Shown here: piece after piece, positions 21,150 through 27,098 of the stretch
Layout: each line of letters starts with the position of its first letter
Position numbering within the stretch: the first letter of the stretch is position 1
From: Chiloscyllium plagiosum
Lineage: Eukaryota
Direction: 5' to 3'
Assembly: GCF_004010195.1 (NCBI RefSeq)
Contig: NC_057718.1
Location: forward strand, 92,949,404-92,976,501
DNA length: 27,098 bases
Translations under genes and position numbers: made by a program
Notes under the pieces: generated by a model
Seen by the model: the letters and a program-made list of their open reading frames with translations, nothing else
Told to the model about the DNA's origin: nothing
Databases searched by the model: none

Positions 21150-21600
21150 TGTGTTTGTTCATGAAATGCCGGAATTTTTGGCTAAGACAACATTCTAGAT
21201 AAACATTTATTGCCCATCCCTCAACACCCTGAGAATGTGATATTAAGTTTCATTCTTGAACTGATGCAATTATTGTGGGGGTTGGTGCACTCACAGTGCT
21301 GTTTGGAAGCAAATTCCAAGATTTTGACCCAGAAATGACAGTAATGTGATTATATAGTTCTGACTGAAGGTAGTATGGGGCTTAGAGGGGTATTTGCTGA
21401 CAGTGGTGCATTGTTGACCTTATTCTTTATATGGTAGAGGTCAAGGGTTTGGAAGGTGCTTTCAGACTAACCTGGGTGAGTTGCTACAATGTATTTTGTA
21501 GATGCTAATCACAATGGGTCAGTGGTGGAAATGTGAATGTTGAAAGTGGTGGATGGGGTGTCATTCAACTGGCCTGCTTTGTTCTTGATAAATTCTGAGC
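21150..21600 (-). mobile_element. Old copy of the CR1/L2-group LINE 3' portion (family of 18325-19284)
   Basis: Reverse complement aligns by eye to about 18870-19284 (CATTTATTGCCCATCCCT; GTTTGGAAGGTGCT; TTTTGTAGATG). Confidence 0.7.
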
Positions 21601-21661
21601 TGATGGATTACATTAACAAACCTGCACTGCTACAGCACATCTTCCATATCCAAAACATTTT

Positions 21662-21971
21662 GCAAGATGGCTCAGTGGTTAGTACTGTTGCTTTACAGTG
21701 CCGGGGACCTGGGTCTACTTCCAGTCCCAGGTTACTGTCTGTATGGTGTTTGCACAGTATGTGAGAGTTTCCTTTGGGTGTTCTGGTTTCCTCCCACAGT
21801 CCAAAGATGTGTAGGTTAGGTGGATTGACCATGCTAAATATTGCTCTGTAGTATCCAGATTAGTTGGGTTGGCCATGGTAAAACCCTGCATGAAGTTACA
21901 GGCATGGGTGGGGAACTGGGTCAGTGCAGACTCAGTGGGACGCATGGCCTCTTTCTGCATTGTAGAGATTC
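21662..21971 (+). mobile_element. HE1-type V-SINE (older, diverged)
   Basis: TGGCTCAGTGGTTAG head, GGTTTCCTCCCACAGTCCAAAGATGTG V-domain, CR1-like tail. Confidence 0.85.
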
Positions 21972-22057
21972 CAAGACTGCGATCAGCAGTGCTTTTGTTA
22001 TTCTCCCAGTGTCATTGTAGGATGAATGAAAGAACAAATGTGCACTTTTCACACACT

Positions 22058-22396
22058 TCATAGAATCCTTCATAGGTGTGGAAACAGGCCATTCAACCCA
22101 ACAAGTCCACACCGTCCCTCCGGACAGCATTCTGCCCAGACCTATTGCCCTGCATTTCTCCTGACTAATGCACCTAACTAATGCATCACCGAACACTATC
22201 ACAACTTAGTGTGGCCAATTCACCTCACCTGCACATCTTTGAACTGTGGGAGGAAACTGGAGCACCCTAAGAAAACCCACGCAGACACAGGGAGAATGTA
22301 CAAACTCCACACAGGTAGACACCCAAGGCAGGAATTGAAGCCGGGTCTCTGACACTGTGAGGCTGCAGTGCTAACCACCGAGCCACCCTGCCACCC
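22058..22396 (-). mobile_element. HE1-type V-SINE
   Basis: Full antisense HE1, from tail TCATAGAATCC to head GAGCCACCCTGCCACCC. Confidence 0.92.
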
Positions 22397-23240
22397 ACGT
22401 GCTATCTCATTTAAATACACCACCAATTCCTACTTTGCAACCATTCATTCCAACACTCTCATGTGAAAACCTGAAGATAATACTAATTTAGTACATTTGT
22501 TGCTCCTTTGTCTTCCATGTAATAGTTTACTGAATCATCCCCAGTCAGCCCTACCCTTTTTTAGTACATTGGTTCAATTTTGTGTCTTACTAAAATCCTT
22601 TATTATTTACATTATTTCACCTGCCAGTCTTTCTTCACATCCTCCCTTTGGCTTTCTAATCTGTCTCTGTTTCTCTCTCTATAATTTCTGGGCTTTGTTC
22701 AAAAGCACCAAAAACAAACCTGTAATATTTTCAGGATGGGCTGACGGGCATATTCTCACATCTTATATTTGTTGTGGCTGTAATTTAGCTGTTTGAATCC
22801 ATACTGCTTTGCACCAACACAAAGCGAGTTCAAAGTAATGCCCCAATAAAATTTGGCAATAGCTTGCCTCTGATGGAATTCTGTCACAGATTATCAAGAA
22901 TAAAGCAGCAGAGCAACATGTGACATTTCAGCCTGGGTGCTTCTGTTATCCACATAAGCACCTTCACTCCAACTCCAGTTGCTTTATAACTTGTACAAGC
23001 ATGTCATTGCTGTTTCACGATTCATTTAAAATGCAAAGGATAAGACAGAGAACTGTGCTCTCCATAGCAACAACTGACACTCCACTTCACAAGTAGTGTC
23101 GGTCAGATGTAGCCTGCTGGATTCAGGCACTCAAGTTCATGAGCAAAGGGCCATGCATGACAGAGAGATATCATTATGCCGTATATAAGTTAAAGGGAAC
23201 AGAGTGCATTCACTAATGTTTGGAATAGACCCAAGATTAT

Positions 23241-23698
23241 GATGGGAATAAATTACTGCAGATGCTGGAATTTGTACTGAAAACAACTGATGATGGCGAT
23301 CACAGCAGGTCAGACAGCATCCATGGAGAGAGAGCAAACTGACGTTTCGAGTCTAAATGACTCTTCATCAGAGCTGAAGTGAAGTGTGGAGGGAATAGCA
23401 TTGAAGTGGGAGGCGGAGGGCAGGTGTAGGGGTAGTGAGTGAGGATGCTGGTGGAGAAAAATGTTGAAAGTTCAGATTAGGTGATTCTCATCTGATCACT
23501 TTATCTGAACTATCAACACCTTTTCTCCACCAGCACTCTGCACCCACTACCCCCACACACCCCCAACCCCAAACCACAGCATAAATGCTATCCCCTCCAC
23601 ATATCACTTCAGCACTGCTGAAGAGCCATCTAGCCTTGAAATGTTAGCTTGCACTGTCTCTCCATAAATGCTAAGATCTCCAGCTTTTGTTGCTTTCA
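23241..23698. mobile_element. Non-coding fold-back element of two inverted Penelope-type terminal repeats, 10-bp TSD
   Basis: Arms about 23278-23485 and 23495-23698 are imperfect reverse complements around a 9-nt loop; CCAAGATTAT at 23231-23240 and 23699-23708; the left end ACTGCAGATGCTGGA matches Penelope termini at 3903 (one mismatch) and 23766. Confidence 0.85.
23337..23375 (-). ncRNA. Minimal type I hammerhead ribozyme, core intact
   Basis: Minus strand AGCT-CTGATGA-A-GAGTC-ATTTA-GACTC-GAAAC-GTC-AGTT: CUGAUGA and GAAA boxes, perfect 5-bp stem II, GUC cleavage triplet, 4-bp stem I (one G-U), loopless palindromic stem III (ACGU). Confidence 0.8.
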
Positions 23699-23752
23699 CC
23701 AAGATTATTGTTTTAAGACCAGGCAAAGGCCAGCAGAACACTATTCTATCAG

Positions 23753-24975
23753 AGAGAAAGTGAGGACTGCAGATGCTGGAGATCAGAGTCAAAGTGGATG
23801 CTGGAAAAGCATATCCAGTCAGGCAGCATTGAAGGAGCAGGAGAGTTGACATTTTGGGCAAAAGCCCTTCGTTAGGAATGTGGGTGGGAAGGTCCTTATG
23901 AATAAAAGGGTGGGGGTGGAGGTGGGGGGAAGGTAGCTGGGAAGGCGATAGGTGGATGCAGGTGGTGGGTGATAGTGATAGTTCGGATGGGCAGGTGAAT
24001 TGGATAGGGGGGATGGAAGATGGATAGGTAGGACAGTTCAAGAGGGCAGTGCCGGGTTGGAGGGTTTGAAAGAGGATGAGGTGGGGTGAGGAAAGGTAAG
24101 GAAACTGGTAAAGTCGACATTAATGCCGTGTGTTTGGAGGGTCCTATGGTGGAAGATGAGATGTTCTTCCCCAGTCATCAGGTGGCTTGGATTTAGTGGT
24201 GGAATTGAAGTGGTCGGCCACAAGGTGGTGGGGTTGTTTGGTGAGTGTATCCCAGAGATGTTCTCTGAAACGTTTCAAGAATTGGCATTCTATCTACCCA
24301 ATGTAGAGGAGACCACATCAAGAGCAACGGACACAGTAGGTAAGGTGTTTGGATGTGCAGGAAAATCTCTGCCATATGTAGAAGGATTCTTTGGGGCCTT
24401 GTATAGAGATGAGGGGGGAGTTGTGGGTACAAGTTTTACACTTTTTGTTGCAGCAAGGGAAGGTGCCAGGAGTGGAGGATGGGTTGTTGGAGGGTGTGGA
24501 CCTAACAAGGGTGTCTTGGAGGGAATGGTCTCTGCGGAATGCCAATAGGGGTGGGGCGGTAAACATATCTCTAGTAGTGGGGTCTGTTTGTAAGTGATGG
24601 AAATGGCTGATGATAATGTGCTGTTTCCAGAGATTTGTAGGGTGTAAGGTGATGGCCACAGGAATTGTATTCTTGTTGCAATTGGAGAGGTGGGAATCAA
24701 GGGCAGAGGTGCTGGAAATGGATGGGATGTGCTGGAGGGCATTGTTGATCATATGGGAAGGGAAAATGTGGTCATCTTGGATGTCCTGGATTGGAATTGC
24801 TCCTCCTTGAGCAGATACAGCTGAGGCAGAAGAATTGGGAGTAAGGGATAGTGTTTTTATAGGAGGGAGGATGGGAGAAGGTATAATGGGTTTGGTAGCG
24901 GTGGGAGTCAGTGGGTTTGTAGTCGATGTCTGTCTTGAGTTGGTCATTGGAAATGGAGATGGAGAGGTCCAGGAA
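23753..24975 (-). mobile_element. Penelope-like element 3' portion (RT thumb, GIY-YIG endonuclease remnant, terminal repeat)
   Basis: Minus frames FLDLSISI..DIDYKPTD..SSHP..IPYSQF; PLLAFRRDHSLQDTLVRS..GTFPC..KCKTC..FSCTSKHLTYCVRCS*CGLLYIG..RFREHL (PLE GIY-YIG); decayed hammerhead CTAACGA-A-GGGC-TTTT-GCCC-AAAAT-GTC at about 23845-23878. Confidence 0.92.
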
Positions 24976-25030
24976 GTGGTGGTAGTGGTGTTGGTGTGTG
25001 TGTGTGTGTATGGGGGGGGGGGGGGGGGGG
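24976..25030 (+). repeat. GGT/GT microsatellite followed by a G19 run
   Basis: GTGGTGGTAGTGGTGTTGG(TG)n, then 19 G at 25012-25030. Confidence 0.9.
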
Positions 25031-25639
25031 TCGTAGTGGAAGATGTATTAAGGTGTCCTGTGCAGATATCCTAAATTATGTCAAAGATCATTTAATCAAG
25101 GGCACAAAATACTCAGATCTAGAATCTCTGCATGGGATTATTCACTTGTATAACTAAATATAGTTTGATGTTCAACAGGTCTTCTGGTTATGAAGTTAAT
25201 GCATAATGATTCGATTCCTTCGTTATGTGGAACAGAGCAGAATAAAACAGGCCTTGCCTTAAACTTCATATTTCAGACTTTACGATGTTTTTAGATAAAC
25301 TTCAGCATCAGTTTTGTACCTAGTTGGCTCGAATTTTATATTTAAAAATCAAATCCAAAGCAACACTGAACTTGTAGATAGTAGACCATTTGGCAAAGAG
25401 TAATTTGCTTTATTCATTCATAAATAATAAATAAAAATTGAGCATTTAGCACGATAAGCTAATCAACCTGCTCAATTTGTGTTCATAAAAACAAAATTCA
25501 ATGAACAACTTAACGTTTCCATTAACCTGAGCCATTAAGGTTTGCACTATGTAAGAAGATGTAAAACAAAGACTTACAAGCTTTCTGCAGGTAATGATGC
25601 ACGAGGCAGACAAAACACATATGTAAGTCTGTTTTAGAT

Positions 25640-25901
25640 ATACTTCTTGGAATAGGTTATCAACCTGTTACCAGAGGCTACAGCCTGAGGGACACTACTC
25701 TGCATCAAGTATGGTTGACCAGGAGACTCTCCCATTCTTATTGCATGTCACTGATACATTGGAAGGTTTTACATGTCAATAATTAATGTGCTTGACCACT
25801 TTATGAACACACCTTCCATCACTGGCAAGTCTTGCGATGGGACTCAAATCTGGACCTTCTGTCTCAGAGGCAAGGATGTTATCTAATGTGCCACTTGACC
25901 T
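25640..25901 (-). mobile_element. Old tRNA-headed SINE, family uncertain
   Basis: Minus strand AGGTCAAGTGGCACATTAGATAACATCCTTGCCTCTGAGACAGAAGGTCCAGATTTGAGTCCC resembles decayed A/B boxes; left boundary uncertain. Confidence 0.5.
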
Positions 25902-26084
25902 TCCTTGACTGAAATTGCAAGAAATGCATTTAATTTAGTTACACAATTGTAGTCTGTGAAAATGCTCAATGTTTTCTTTCAAAGCCTTTTGGATTGAGAA
26001 GCCAGACTTTGTGTTCTTGTTACACCTCTAAACGTATGACCTCCACAAGGGCATAACAGGACAACAAACGTATGTGAGTGACGC

Positions 26085-26310
26085 CACTTGTTCCATCCAA
26101 ACCACATACCATTCTGATTTGGAACTATGTCACTGTTCCTTCATTGTTTCTGGGTCTTAATCCTGGAAAGGCCCCCCCCACAACAGCACTGTGGCTCTAC
26201 CGTCAAAACATGGATTTTAGAGTTCAGCGAGGTGACTCACTCAAGGGCAATTAGGGATGAGGGAAATAGTCTTGCCACGATGTACAAGTCCTGTGAAAGA
26301 ATGAACAAAA
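26085..26310 (+). mobile_element. CR1/L2-group LINE 3' end (family of 18325-19284)
   Basis: ACCATTCTGATTTGGAACTATGTCACTGTTCCTTCA..CTCAAGGGCAATTAGGGATG..GAATGAACAAAA aligns to about 19070-19284. Confidence 0.75.
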
Positions 26311-26429
26311 GTTCCTGGAGATGTGTCCCTGCCCCTTAAAGAGGGATGAGAGAAGACAATTTACAGAGACATTTTTGAATGAGAGCTACACTGGACAGAC
26401 CATGTCAGGATTTGCTTCCTGGTGGAAGG

Positions 26430-26528
26430 TGCATGTTGGCACAATGATTAACATTGCTGCCTCATGGTGCCAGGGCCCTGGCTTCAATTCCAGTCTGTGT
26501 GCAGTTTCCAAGTTCTCCTTGTGTCTGA
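26430..26528 (+). mobile_element. HE1 5' fragment cut by the following CR1
   Basis: TGGCACAATGATTAACATTGCTGCCTCA..GGCTTCAATTCC..TGTGTGCAGTTT..GTTCTCCTTGTGTCTG. Confidence 0.7.
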
Positions 26529-27098
26529 CGGGCAGAGGAGGTGGGGTGGCCATGTTGGTAAGGCATGATACTCAGTCCCTTGCACGAGGGGACCTAGAAT
26601 CAGGGGATGTGGAGTCAGTATGGATAGAGCTGAGAAATTCTAAGGATAAAAAGACCCTCTTTGGAGTTATCTACAGGCCCCCAAACAGTAGTCTGGATGT
26701 CGGATGTAAGTTGAATCAGGAGCTGAAATTGGCCTGTCGCAAAGATGTTACTACAGTTGTTATGGTGGATTTCAACATGCAGGTAGACTGGGATAATCAG
26801 GATGGTATTGGACCTTAAGAAAGAGACTTTGTGGAGTGCCTCTGAGATGGAATCTTAGAACAGCTGGTGCTGGAGCCTACCAGGGAGAAGGCAATTCTGG
26901 ATCTGGTACTGTGCAACAAACCAGATTTGATCAGGGACCTCGAAGTGAAGGAGCCATTGGGAAGTAGTGACCATAATACAATAAGCTTCAATCTGCAATT
27001 TGAGAGGGAGAGGGTACAAACGGAAGTGACAATATTTCAGTTGAATAAAGGGAACTATGGAGCTATGAGGGAGGAGCTGGCCAAAGTTCAATGGTGCA
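26529..27098 (+). mobile_element. CR1 LINE (second subfamily), ORF2 APE endonuclease, 5'-truncated, runs off window end
   Basis: GRGGGVAMLV..ESVWIELRN..GVIYRPPN..VDFN..DW..(stops)..EPTREKAILDLVL..LGSSDHNTISFNLQ. Confidence 0.92.

Noticed and set aside
23241..23698. DNA-transposon MITE or pre-miRNA interpretation of the palindrome
   Set aside because: The ends are asymmetric (the left arm is about 37 nt longer) and the arms carry Penelope terminal sequence and hammerhead motifs.
23958..24810. Plus-strand and Pro/Ser/Thr-rich overlapping ORFs
   Set aside because: Antisense or alternative frames of the strand-biased Penelope sequence; the same applies at 3958-4938.
1..27098. CRISPR array, retron, DGR or other prokaryotic RT system
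   Set aside because: No repeat-spacer array or operon structure; all RT sequences are eukaryotic non-LTR or Penelope types in CpG-depleted vertebrate DNA.

Overview
Eukaryotic, non-coding, retroelement-rich DNA. It is almost certainly from a shark (elasmobranch), given the HE1-type V-SINEs and HER1/CR1 LINEs; a carpet or bamboo shark is plausible but only inferred. No intact host protein-coding gene can be supported. All ORFs I could recognise are decayed retroelement frames: CR1 ORF1 esterase, APE endonuclease and RT; Penelope RT and GIY-YIG; Tx1 and L2 C-termini. Main points of interest: (1) a 458-bp fold-back element made of two inverted Penelope-type terminal repeats, flanked by a 10-bp target-site duplication, with an intact minimal hammerhead ribozyme core in one arm and four more decayed hammerhead motifs elsewhere in the window; (2) a Penelope insertion with a nucleotide-exact 5' inversion of twin-priming geometry, nested in a rearranged CR1; (3) a roughly 4.4-kb nearly TE-free block (about 8630-12995) with a CpG-retaining patch that may be regulatory. 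Family names come from recall of consensus motifs, not a database search, and boundaries of old elements are approximate.
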